Notes: generated by a model from the sequence alone, not told the origin. A stretch of 64,000 nt of DNA from Planctomycetota bacterium (GCA_947501605.1 CANMWZ010000010.1:46688-110687); one strand, 5' to 3'; counted from the first letter of the stretch, positions 36,428-45,641 are shown. Numbers and translations are program-made.

Positions 36428-39103
36428 TTACTTGCTCGCGGCGACGCCGGCGTCGGGCAGGGTCATTGAGTCGGGCTGCAGCTCTTCCATGATCACGATC
36501 TTGGCATTGATCAGGATGAGGATCTTGCGGTTCTGCATCGACTGGCCTTTGCGACTGAACAAGAACGAAATGCCGGGCAGGTCCTTGAGGATCGGCACAC
36601 CGGACACCAAGTTCTGCCGTTCGACCAGGCGCATGCCGCCGAGCATCATGGTCGCACCATCGGGCAGCGTGACCGTGGTCCGAACTCGTTGCAGGGAGAC
36701 TTCCGGCAGCTGGATCGAAATCGGCTGACCGACGCCCAGTGTGGTCGTGAAGTTCGGGATCGGCAGCTGCAGCGTCATCACCGTCGGGCGCAGCTCCATG
36801 GTGATGAACTTCAGGTCGCTGTCGACCACGGGCCGAACGTCCAGCGTCACGCCGTCATAGACGGTTCCGATCACTGGGTTCGCGACGCCGGCGGCCTGCG
36901 CGATCTCGACCTCGAAGTCCTTGATGTAGCTGATCTCATTGAGCACGTGCATGCTGGCGCGCGTGTTGTTGTAGATCAGCAGGCGCGGTGCCTCGATCTG
37001 CTCGCTGCGCTCCTGCTTGCTGACCGCGCGCAACACGGCCTCGACCTCGGTGTCGTCGAGGAAGGCATACTGCAGCGAGAGACCACCGAGGTTGTTCATG
37101 CCGCCGTCGCCGCCCAGGGTGCGGTCAAACAGATTCTCGGCGCGGGCCATGTAGTCGCCGTCGTTGCCGTCATCGAAGAAGATGCCGGGTTCCGTGCCTG
37201 TGCCGAGGAGTCCCGGCGTTGCGGCGTTCTGCTGCTGCGATGGCCCGAAGTCGTCAAAGCTCGCATTGGGCCGAGTCTCGAGACCACGGCCGGGGAGCCC
37301 CTGCGACGACTGATCGCCGAGGCCGCGAAGGTCGACACCGACGTCTTCGAGGAAGTTGTCTTCGACCTTGAGGAAGCGCGATTCGACATCGATCTGGATG
37401 CCGACATTTCGGCGCAGATCGCGCAGCAGCTTCAGCACCGAATCATGGGTGTCCTTGTCGGCCCGCACCATGAGCATGCCGGCCTGGAAGTTCATCGTGA
37501 ACGGGCTGCCGTCCCAGCGACCTGTGGCGACGGCTTCTTTCAGGATGTCCTGGAGGCGACTGTCGTTGACAACCGCTGGCGCCGGCTCTTCGTCGACTTC
37601 GGGGAACAGTGGCGTGTCATCGTCCGGGGCCTTGAGCTTGAGGTCCGGGCCTGGCTTGCTGGTGAAGCCGGTAACGAGGTCACTGACGTTGTAGCGATCG
37701 TAGTAAAGCGTGCCGATCGCGTTCTCTGGGGTGACCAGTTGCACCAATCCGTGGTTGATACGGTAGGCGACGCCCGTCTGGGCCTGGATGACCTTCAGTG
37801 CCTCACCTACCGAGCGGCGCGACAGACGGAAGTCGGTCAGAGTGGTCGCGGTCGCATCCATGCCGGCGACATCCGGACCGACCACAAACGTCACCCCTGT
37901 CAGGTTGCCGTAGTAGGTCGCCCAGTCCTGGACCGAGGCGCTCGGGAAGTTGTGCTCCAACGAGGTCTCCGCCAGCTTCCGTTCGATGGCGCGGTTCTCC
38001 GGGCTGTCGAGCTCCGCCGGGGTTGCGAAGGCTTGCTGCTTGCGCTGCGAGACTTCCGCCCATCGGATCGGATCGAACACGACCGTCTCGGTCTGCGGCA
38101 TGTTCGACTGCTGGTTCTCCAACACCGTCGCGTTCCACTCCTGGCGCCACTGCTCGCGGTTGAGCTCCATGGCGCTGTTGTGGCGCGCGCGGTCCGCAAC
38201 GTCGCGCAGTTGCGTCGCTGCGGTGTTGGTCGGGTCGATCTGCAGCGCTTGATCGATGCGCTCGACGGAGCCGTCATACTGCCCCGCGAGGAACTGATTG
38301 TTTGCATCTTCGAGCAGGCGCTCGACCCGCGCCTCGCGCGACTCCTGCTGCTGCTTGGCGATGCGATCCAGTTCGGCCTTGGAGGCGGCCTCCTGGTTCT
38401 GCAGGCTCTGCTTGTCGGATTCCAGCTTCCGCTTCGAAGCGGCTTCGAACTCAGCCTCGGCGCGCCGGAGCAGGGGGTCGTTGGGTTGGAAGTGCGGCGA
38501 CAGCCGAAGGGTCGCGAGCGACCGCTGGTAGTTCTCGATTGCACGGCCGTAGGCGCCCTGCTGCATGTGGGCGTTGGCTTGCTCGAGTTCACGCTCGACC
38601 AGGGTCCGGTCGCGTTCCGCGGCGATGCGGTTGCGCAGGATCTCGTCGGCGAAGCGGCCACCGACCGTAGCTACTCGATCGCCCAGCACCTCGTTGCAGC
38701 GCCGGAGGATCTCGCGGGCTTCCGGGTTCTGGTTGTCGAGCTCCAAGGCAAAGGCTGCCTCGTTGCGCGCATCGGCAAACAGACGAGCCTCCATGGAGCG
38801 TCGCGCATTCTGCAGCGCGCCTTGCAGGAGGGCTTGCGTGCTCGGCCGGCCTTGCGGGTCTTGCGCGTCGCCTTGCGGGTTGTTGCGGTCGACGGCAGCG
38901 AGGCCAATCGCAGTCGCTGCCGTCTGCGTGCTCGCTGATGCCGTCTCTGCCTCGCTCATCACTTGGCCCTGGTTCGTCAGGGAACCTGGGTTTCCAGATC
39001 CTGAGTAACCAGATCCGGAACTCATGGTGCCAGAACATGCAGCGAGTGCGAGCAGCGAGGACGCACAGAGGCCGCGAAGGCGCAGGGTCTCGACCTTGAT
39101 CAT
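36428..39103 (-). CDS. Secretin-family lipoprotein with a TPR N-terminus, paralog B
   Basis: Lipobox LALAAC; DGVTLDVRPVV, TTVTLPDGATMMLGGM, GVPILKDLPGISFLF; start MIKVETL. Confidence 0.85.
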   Translation of the reverse strand: MIKVETLRLRGLCASSLLALAACSGTMSSGSGYSGSGNPGSLTNQGQVMSEAETASASTQTAATAIGLAAVDRNNPQGDAQDPQGRPSTQALLQGALQNARRSMEARLFADARNEAAFALELDNQNPEAREILRRCNEVLGDRVATVGGRFADEILRNRIAAERDRTLVERELEQANAHMQQGAYGRAIENYQRSLATLRLSPHFQPNDPLLRRAEAEFEAASKRKLESDKQSLQNQEAASKAELDRIAKQQQESREARVERLLEDANNQFLAGQYDGSVERIDQALQIDPTNTAATQLRDVADRARHNSAMELNREQWRQEWNATVLENQQSNMPQTETVVFDPIRWAEVSQRKQQAFATPAELDSPENRAIERKLAETSLEHNFPSASVQDWATYYGNLTGVTFVVGPDVAGMDATATTLTDFRLSRRSVGEALKVIQAQTGVAYRINHGLVQLVTPENAIGTLYYDRYNVSDLVTGFTSKPGPDLKLKAPDDDTPLFPEVDEEPAPAVVNDSRLQDILKEAVATGRWDGSPFTMNFQAGMLMVRADKDTHDSVLKLLRDLRRNVGIQIDVESRFLKVEDNFLEDVGVDLRGLGDQSSQGLPGRGLETRPNASFDDFGPSQQQNAATPGLLGTGTEPGIFFDDGNDGDYMARAENLFDRTLGGDGGMNNLGGLSLQYAFLDDTEVEAVLRAVSKQERSEQIEAPRLLIYNNTRASMHVLNEISYIKDFEVEIAQAAGVANPVIGTVYDGVTLDVRPVVDSDLKFITMELRPTVMTLQLPIPNFTTTLGVGQPISIQLPEVSLQRVRTTVTLPDGATMMLGGMRLVERQNLVSGVPILKDLPGISFLFSRKGQSMQNRKILILINAKIVIMEELQPDSMTLPDAGVAASK

Positions 39104-39448
39104 GGTATGCCTGCCCAATGAGGGCGTAGCAGAGAGGGAGTAGCGGTCCGAGGGGAGGGACAAGCGGATCACCTTGCGTCGGCTGTTGCCGCAGGGGCTC
39201 GCGGCGAAGGCCGAATGCGAGGTGAGTCTCAACCAAGACGACGGGAAAGAGCACAACTCGGCAGGGCTCGTCGATGCGTCTGGGCAACCGTGACGTCAGC
39301 GAGTCGCACGGTGTTCAGGCCTCGGAACGGGGTCTGCGAAGCAGTCTCCGTGCGCAAGAACCACAAGGTTCCCACGCAGGGACCGGCGGACGGTAGCGGC
39401 GTGCATGGGCACGGTCAAGAACGGCCAACACGCGAAACCAACAGGATT

Positions 39449-40312
39449 TCAGGCACCGGTGTCAGGCGAGCGACGGGGGTCTTCCGGCCGCCCGAGCATG
39501 CGGTTCACGCGTTTGATATCGATCCAGGTTTCGGCCTTGCGCGAGGGGTCGCGCAGCAAGAACGCCGGGTGCCAGGTCACGACCAGTGGAATGCCCTCGT
39601 AGCGGAGCTCGCGGCCGCGCAACTCGCGCATCGGTGCCTCGGTCTTGAGCAGGTTGTGGGCCGCGATCCGACCCAGGGCCACGATCACCTTCGGCTGCAG
39701 CAGCGCCACTTGTTGGCGCAGATAGGGTAGGCAGGCGGCGACTTCCTCGGGTTCCGGGTCGCGATTGCCGGGTGGCCGGCACTTGTTGACGTTGGCGATG
39801 TAGACCTCCTCGCGACGCAGGCCCATGGCGCCGTCGAGAATGCGGTCGAGCAGCTGGCCGGCTGGGCCAACGAAGGGCCGGCCGGTCTGGTCCTCAACCG
39901 CTCCGGGGGCCTCGCCAACAAACATCACGTCGGGTTGGCGGGCACCCTCGCCGAACACGACGGAACGGCGGCTCTCGCACAGCTTGCACAGCTTGCACGC
40001 GAGTGCCTCGGTGCGAAGCACGTTCAGGCGATCGGCGACCGCGTCGGTTGCTGTCGCTGCCGCCGGTGCAGGCGCCGGTGCACGCACTGGCGGCGCGCTC
40101 GGTTCGATCCCCGGTTCCGATTGTGGCGGTGAGCCCGATTGTGGCGGTGAGGTTGTCACCGACGTGACAGGGCCCGGGTCCTTCGGCTCCGACTGTGGCA
40201 CAGCCAGCACCAGCTTCGGCACTGCGAGCAAGAGATCGGCGCCGTAGCCTGAGAGTGCGTTCTGCAGGGTGTTCTGCAGGTGGAGTCGCAGGCGGTCTTG
40301 GCTTTCGGTCAC
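39449..40312 (-). CDS. Uracil-DNA glycosylase family 4 (Fe-S)
   Basis: CKLCKLC, VGEAPG, GRPFVGPAG, KCRPPGNRDP, TWHPAFLLR. Confidence 0.95.
   Translation of the reverse strand: MTESQDRLRLHLQNTLQNALSGYGADLLLAVPKLVLAVPQSEPKDPGPVTSVTTSPPQSGSPPQSEPGIEPSAPPVRAPAPAPAAATATDAVADRLNVLRTEALACKLCKLCESRRSVVFGEGARQPDVMFVGEAPGAVEDQTGRPFVGPAGQLLDRILDGAMGLRREEVYIANVNKCRPPGNRDPEPEEVAACLPYLRQQVALLQPKVIVALGRIAAHNLLKTEAPMRELRGRELRYEGIPLVVTWHPAFLLRDPSRKAETWIDIKRVNRMLGRPEDPRRSPDTGA
40117..40151. repeat. 18-nt tandem duplication in the UDG N-terminal linker
   Basis: CCGATTGTGGCGGTGAG repeated twice (encodes SPPQSG-SPPQSE). Confidence 0.7.
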
Positions 40313-41481
40313 GGCGCCACCTTCGGGCCGCGTCGACTGGCAGGGGCCATGGCTACGGTTGCCGCATCCTCGCCGAGCAGCGGGAAGATGCCGTAGCTGT
40401 GGGCCAGGCTCGGGCGATCTCCGAGGGCGATCACGGAGTGCCAGGCGCAGTCGTCGAAGCCCTGCGACGGCAGCAGGATCGAGTCGCCCTCCTCGACGAC
40501 GTAGACCGCGCCGAGCGCCGACAGGTGTTTGGCGAAGCCCAGATCGCGGTTGAGAAGCTGCCAGATCTGGCGATCGCCGTCGTGGTCGAGTCGATCGAGG
40601 CCGGCGCGTTCGTTCGTCGCGAGGCCAAGGCGCACGACGAGCCGCGCGAGCCGGCGCTTACTGAGCGTCAACCAAGTGGTGCGCCCTTGCAGTTGCGTGT
40701 AGCAGACGCCGAGTTGGCCCGGCTCGGCGTCGTGGTGGAACACGGCGCCACCGTCCGGCGCGTTGTTGTAGAGAATGCGTTCGGACAGGTGGTAGGGGCG
40801 CCCCAGTAACGTGCGCAACAGGCCCTGCAACTCGCCGCAGCCATCGATGGCCGCGCACTCTGGAAAGGCGCTGCGGGCGAGCGCATCGACGGCCAGCGTG
40901 GTGCGTTCGGTAGCCCTCATCCAGCCGTCTGCCGCGCCGTCGCCGCTGCTGTGGCGGATTCGCAGCGAACGATCGCTTTCGTCGTTGGCGATCCAGCTCG
41001 CTCGGGCCCACAGGTCCGCGGCGCCAGCGAAGGTCCCCGTTGCGGCGTCGAAGAACACGGTCTCGACGTCGCGAGGGTCCAGGTGCTCGACAGTGCTCCC
41101 CGAGTAGGCGAACTCGTGCTGGTCGCGGAGTCGGCGTTCGAGTTCGTCGAGGAAATCGCGACCTTTGCGCAGGCGTTCGAACATCTGCAGCGATGCTTCG
41201 ATCGCGCCGGCGACCGAGGGCAAGATCGAGGCAACGATGCCAGGCAAGAACACGGCTTCGCTTGCATCCCAGCGATAGCGCGCGGCCGCGCGGTCCAGCG
41301 GATCGCGTCGCAGCGCGAGCACGAAACCGAAGTCGACGCCGCGCCGGCGCAAGGGCCACGCCGTCCTTTCCCGGCGCCGCCAACTCGCCACGAGCGCCTC
41401 GCTGCCCGGGGGCAGGATGCGCGCGGTAGCGGCTAGGGCCACTGCACGGTTGCTGGCACGGCGGTCCGTTTTGGTGGGCAC
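40309..41481 (-). CDS. Hypothetical protein with a possible cupin/2OG-Fe(II)-type HxD...H site
   Basis: VFHHDAEPG ... GDSILLPS..AWHSV; stop overlaps UDG start; start uncertain. Confidence 0.6.
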   Translation of the reverse strand: MPTKTDRRASNRAVALAATARILPPGSEALVASWRRRERTAWPLRRRGVDFGFVLALRRDPLDRAAARYRWDASEAVFLPGIVASILPSVAGAIEASLQMFERLRKGRDFLDELERRLRDQHEFAYSGSTVEHLDPRDVETVFFDAATGTFAGAADLWARASWIANDESDRSLRIRHSSGDGAADGWMRATERTTLAVDALARSAFPECAAIDGCGELQGLLRTLLGRPYHLSERILYNNAPDGGAVFHHDAEPGQLGVCYTQLQGRTTWLTLSKRRLARLVVRLGLATNERAGLDRLDHDGDRQIWQLLNRDLGFAKHLSALGAVYVVEEGDSILLPSQGFDDCAWHSVIALGDRPSLAHSYGIFPLLGEDAATVAMAPASRRGPKVAP

Positions 41482-41650
41482 CCGCGCACGCTACCGCGAA
41501 GCCGGGAGCGGCGTCACGCATGCAGTCGCCGCGATCGCTCACGGCGGCGACTTCCACGCGGTGGACGAAAGGCCCGTCCTGTGCAACAGTCAGTCGCTCG
41601 CCTTCCGGACCACGCTAGTGACTTCCACGAACGACGCCGCCGTTGTGCGG

Positions 41651-44506
41651 GTGACTGCATCGCCGCGACTGCCACCCCTGGCGTTCGCGCTGGCGGCCTT
41701 GGCTTGCACGTTGCTCGCCCTCTTGGCGTACGGGCCGAGCCTGCCGGGTGCGGGCTTCCTGAACTTCGACGACAACCTCTACTTCGGGCCGGACAACGAG
41801 CTGTTTCGCGCCGCCAACGATGCCGCGCGCGAGCGCGGCGTGTTGGCAGGGTTGTGGGCCGTGGTTGGGCCGGGCGCCGTGGTCGCGGACGTCTACCTGC
41901 CCGTTGCCCATGCGTCGCTCTGGCTCGATGGGTGGTGGTTCGACGGCCGCCCGTTCGGGCCGCACCTTGTCGCCGTCTTGCTACACGCATGCGCCGGCGT
42001 GCTGTTGCTGCGTTGGCTCCTGGCGATGCGCCTGCCGGTCGTGGTCGCGGGCGCTACAGCCGGCGCCTTCGTCGTGCATCCGGCGCTGTGCGAGTCGGTT
42101 GCCTGGGTGAGTGGTCGCAAGGACCTGCTCTGCGGCGTGTTCGTGTTCGCGGCCCTGTGGCGGACTTCGTGTTTCGTCACCACGGGCCGCCGCATGGAGT
42201 TGGTGGCGATGTTCGTACTGGCCGTGTTGGCGATGTACAGCAAAGCCACCGCGGTCGTGTTGCCGCTGGTCGCGGGCCTCACCGTGCTCTGGCTGCACGG
42301 CGACCGCCGCGCCTATCTCGCGCCGCTCGTGCTACTGCTCGCGACGTTGCCGATTGCTCTGCATCATCAGTCCAACGCAGCGCTCGCCGGAACGATGATT
42401 GGCGGCGGTGCCATCGATCGCCTGCCGCAGGTTCCTGGTGCCTTGCTGCACTACGCGATGACGGCGGCTTGGCCGACCCATCTCAATGTCCTCTATCCCG
42501 AAGTCGCAACGCTCGAGCGTTTCCGCCTTGGCGCGTTCGCGGCTTCCGGCGCGCTCGGCGTGCTGCTGTTGGTCGCGCTGATGTGTTGCTGCCACCGGCG
42601 ACTGCGTTGGACCGGCATCGGTCTCGCGGGCTTCTTCGTCGCCCTGCTGCCCTTCAACACCGCATTCCCCGCGTCCGTGATCGGCGTCGCCGACCGCTAT
42701 CTGTACTTGGCCGTGCCGTGGCTGGCCGTGGCGCTGTTTTCGCTCGTGCCACAGCGAGGACGCTGGCCTTGTGTCGTGGGGGTGGCGGTGGTGTTCGTGC
42801 TGTTGGTCGCGACCTGGCAGCGCGCGCCGACCTTCGGCTCGAGCGAGCAGCTGTGGTGCGACAGCCTCGAGCAAGATCCTGTCAATGCGGTCGCGCTACT
42901 GAACCTCATCCAAGCGACCTCGCGACGTCACGAAGGTGCGTCGGTCGTCGATCTCGCTGCCACCAAGGAGCTCGCCGAGCGAGCGGTGGCCGCGGCACGC
43001 TATCCCGAACACGAACGCCGTGCGCAGTTGTTGCTGCTGCAGTTTGCGCTGGCAGAGAACCGGCTCGAAGCGGCCTCGCTTGCCTGTCGGCGCGCCTTGG
43101 CCGCCACCGAGCGCATCGCAGACTCGGGCAGGGTGTCGCGGCCGGTTGCCGAGCAGCTTCTGGTCGAGACCTTGCTGTCGTCGATCACGCCGCTGCGGCT
43201 CGCCGGCGAAGGCGAGGCGGCTGTCCGAGCGCTCGAGCGCGCGAAGTCGCTGCGACCCAGCGACGCTCGCATCGCTGCGGCCGAGGTGCTGCTGGCGGTC
43301 GAGGCGTTGGTCGCCTCGACGGGTGGCGCTGCAGTCGCCCCGGCCGATCCCCGATTGACTGCGATCGAGCGCCAGATCGAGGCAGCGCGCAAGGACAAGG
43401 CGGAGGATGCCCAACTCGAGTATGCCGCGGGCGTCTTCGCTCGCCTGAAGGGGCAGAGCTTGAAGGCCATCGCGTGCTTTCGCCGCGCCGCCGGACGGAG
43501 TCCGGAACTTGCCGAGGCCTGGGTTGGCGCTGCCGAAGTCTGTCTCGACGGGGCGATGGCGGCCGAGGCCGAAGAGTACGCGCGCGGTGGCATCTCGATT
43601 GCCGTTCAACTGGGCCGCGCCGCGGACCCGCGCTTGCGTTTGTGCCTCGCGCGGGCGTTGCAGGGCCAGGGGCGCCTCGACGAGGCAATCGGTTCCCTGC
43701 AGGACTACGTCAACCAAACCGGTCTGCGTGATCGCGACGCCGCGCGGTTGCTGTCCGGTCTCCTGATGCACAAGGCGCGGCAGCGGTTGTCCGCACCCGA
43801 CGTCACGCACACAGAGCTGCAGGGCATGATCGAACGAGCCCTGCGGGTCAATCCACAGGAGCCTGCGGTCGATCTCGTCAGGGCCCGGATCCTGCGGGAT
43901 CAGCGGCGATTCGCTTCGGCCATCGAAGCGCTGGAGCGGCTGCAGCGAGCGATGCCCGACCTCGAAGACACGGCGGAGATGCTGGCCGAGAACCTCCGCG
44001 ACCTCGGCTACCAACGGCTCATCGCCAAGGACGATGCCGCTGCCGCCGACGCATGGCTTCGCTGCGTCGCGCTCAACGTGCCCGAAGTTCCGCTCGACGC
44101 CGTGAAGCTCCAGCTCGCGGCGATCTGGCGACGGCAAGAGCAGGCGGGCATCGCTGCGCGCCAGAATGGCGACGAGTCGGGTGCGCGGGCGGCTTTCCGC
44201 TTGTGTCTGCGAATCGCTCCAGACCAGTGGTGGGCCGCGTGGCTGTTGGTCTTGGGCTTGGTCGAAGATCCCGCTGCAGATGTCCACGAACTGGAACAAC
44301 GGAGCCAGCAGGCGATCGACTGGCAGGTGCAGCACCAGTTGGAACGCAGTCGCCAAGTGATCGTGAGAGCCATGGTGTTGCGGCGTCTGCAGCGCCAGGA
44401 GGAGGCCAGGACGCTGCTCGATGACTACTTGGCGGCGCCGGATGCCGAGACCTCGGCGGAGATGCTGCAGGCGTTGCGTAGTCTGCGCCGCGAACTCGAT
44501 CCTTGA
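41651..44506 (+). CDS. TMTC-like GT-C membrane glycosyltransferase with C-terminal TPRs
   Basis: NFDD after the first TM, HPALCESVAWVSGRKDLL, YSKA, ADRYLYL, then TPR repeats; start approximate. Confidence 0.75.
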   Translation: MTASPRLPPLAFALAALACTLLALLAYGPSLPGAGFLNFDDNLYFGPDNELFRAANDAARERGVLAGLWAVVGPGAVVADVYLPVAHASLWLDGWWFDGRPFGPHLVAVLLHACAGVLLLRWLLAMRLPVVVAGATAGAFVVHPALCESVAWVSGRKDLLCGVFVFAALWRTSCFVTTGRRMELVAMFVLAVLAMYSKATAVVLPLVAGLTVLWLHGDRRAYLAPLVLLLATLPIALHHQSNAALAGTMIGGGAIDRLPQVPGALLHYAMTAAWPTHLNVLYPEVATLERFRLGAFAASGALGVLLLVALMCCCHRRLRWTGIGLAGFFVALLPFNTAFPASVIGVADRYLYLAVPWLAVALFSLVPQRGRWPCVVGVAVVFVLLVATWQRAPTFGSSEQLWCDSLEQDPVNAVALLNLIQATSRRHEGASVVDLAATKELAERAVAAARYPEHERRAQLLLLQFALAENRLEAASLACRRALAATERIADSGRVSRPVAEQLLVETLLSSITPLRLAGEGEAAVRALERAKSLRPSDARIAAAEVLLAVEALVASTGGAAVAPADPRLTAIERQIEAARKDKAEDAQLEYAAGVFARLKGQSLKAIACFRRAAGRSPELAEAWVGAAEVCLDGAMAAEAEEYARGGISIAVQLGRAADPRLRLCLARALQGQGRLDEAIGSLQDYVNQTGLRDRDAARLLSGLLMHKARQRLSAPDVTHTELQGMIERALRVNPQEPAVDLVRARILRDQRRFASAIEALERLQRAMPDLEDTAEMLAENLRDLGYQRLIAKDDAAAADAWLRCVALNVPEVPLDAVKLQLAAIWRRQEQAGIAARQNGDESGARAAFRLCLRIAPDQWWAAWLLVLGLVEDPAADVHELEQRSQQAIDWQVQHQLERSRQVIVRAMVLRRLQRQEEARTLLDDYLAAPDAETSAEMLQALRSLRRELDP

Positions 44507-44533
44507 ATCGCGACATGAGTTCGTTTTCGCAGC

Positions 44534-44593
44534 TTGCCGCGCGCCTCAGCGCTGGCTAACTTCGCCGCACTTCCGGTCGGTCAACCGGAAGTG
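44534..44593 (+). promoter_or_regulatory. Sigma70-like promoter followed by a 10-bp inverted repeat
   Basis: TTGCCG-N17-TAACTT (44534-44562); CACTTCCGGT-N6-ACCGGAAGTG (44568-44593). Confidence 0.5.
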
Positions 44594-44670
44594 GTTTCCG
44601 CAGGCGGTTCGTCCCAGCGCCATTGCTCATGGTGCAGGAGGGTGCTTTGGCACGTCGGTCAGGCGATTTG

Positions 44671-45297
44671 ATGAGTTTGTTGGCGCATCGTGGCTCCAGT
44701 TCTAGGGGCTCCGGTCGGCGCAGTTCGGTCTCCGGCTTCTTCCACCAGGTGTCGTCGGTCATCCGCGCCGTGGTGGGCAGCAGTCGCAAGGACCCCACCG
44801 CGCCGAGGCGCAGCAGTCGTTCTTCGAGCCCTGGGCGCTCGGCCAGCATTGGCGTCGCCGGAGCGGCGATCGTCTGCATGGGCCTTGGCTATGTGCTAGG
44901 GAACACGTTCCCGTGGCAGCAAGAGGCCAGTAAGGGCGGCTTGAAGGTTCAGGCGCCGCGAGCCGGACTCGCGCCGGGGCCGATCGGGGAGCAGGAGGAT
45001 ATGCGGCCCTTGTCGGGCGCCTTCTTCCTGACCTCCAGCTACCGCGACGTCGATGGCGCCTCCGGCGCTGCCAAATCTCTGCGCCAAGCCGGAATCGCCA
45101 AAGCGCGCGTCCGCGAGTTCAAGAAGCCAGGGGATGCAACTGGGGCGGTGGTCTACGGCCTTGTTGTCTACTTCGACGGCCCGCGCGAGCGCGGCGTCGC
45201 CTTGACGGCTCTCCAGGCGGTGCCGGCGCCCGACGCGGCGTTCGACAACTTCAGAAAAACGGCCAAGGTCTGGCCTCTTGAGGACATCGTCCGCTAG
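44671..45297 (+). CDS. Single-TM protein with a possible SPOR-like C-terminal domain
   Basis: Basic Ser/Arg-rich N-terminus, TM IGVAGAAIVCMGLGYVLG, then a beta-alpha-beta-beta-alpha pattern; start uncertain. Confidence 0.55.
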   Translation: MSLLAHRGSSSRGSGRRSSVSGFFHQVSSVIRAVVGSSRKDPTAPRRSSRSSSPGRSASIGVAGAAIVCMGLGYVLGNTFPWQQEASKGGLKVQAPRAGLAPGPIGEQEDMRPLSGAFFLTSSYRDVDGASGAAKSLRQAGIAKARVREFKKPGDATGAVVYGLVVYFDGPRERGVALTALQAVPAPDAAFDNFRKTAKVWPLEDIVR

Positions 45298-45353
45298 ACT
45301 GCTCCGCCCTTTGAGTGCCCGGCTTGCGTCCGGGCCCATGAATCTGACTGGTC

Positions 45354-45641
45354 ATGTCGATCCACTCTAGTCTCAAGCTTTCCGGCGCCGGCAGTGGCCA
45401 GCGCAACGTCTGGTCGCGCATGGAGCGCATCGCCGTGCTCAAGAAAAGCGGCCGTTGGCAGGATGGTGATCGCGTCACCGGCCTTCCCAAGGTTCGCACC
45501 AGCTTCAAGGTCAAGTCCAAGAAGTCTGCTCCCAAGGCCGATGCGGCCGCACCTGCTGGTGGCAAGGCCGCTGCGAAGCCCGCTGCCGCGAAGGCCGCTG
45601 CGAAGCCCGCCGCTGCTGCGAAGCCCGCCGCGAAGAAGTGA
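45354..45641 (+). CDS. PVC-superphylum small basic protein with a Lys/Ala/Pro tail
   Basis: MSIHSSLK..RNVWSRMERIAVLKKSGRWQDGDRVTGLPKVR matches the family pattern; AKPAAAK repeats. Confidence 0.85.
   Translation: MSIHSSLKLSGAGSGQRNVWSRMERIAVLKKSGRWQDGDRVTGLPKVRTSFKVKSKKSAPKADAAAPAGGKAAAKPAAAKAAAKPAAAAKPAAKK

Noticed and set aside
36689..38938. 749-aa + strand ORF
   Set aside because: Antisense shadow of the secretin gene
41581..43731. 716-aa alternative-frame ORF
   Set aside because: Arg/Ala/Pro-rich off-frame translation overlapping the TMTC-like gene
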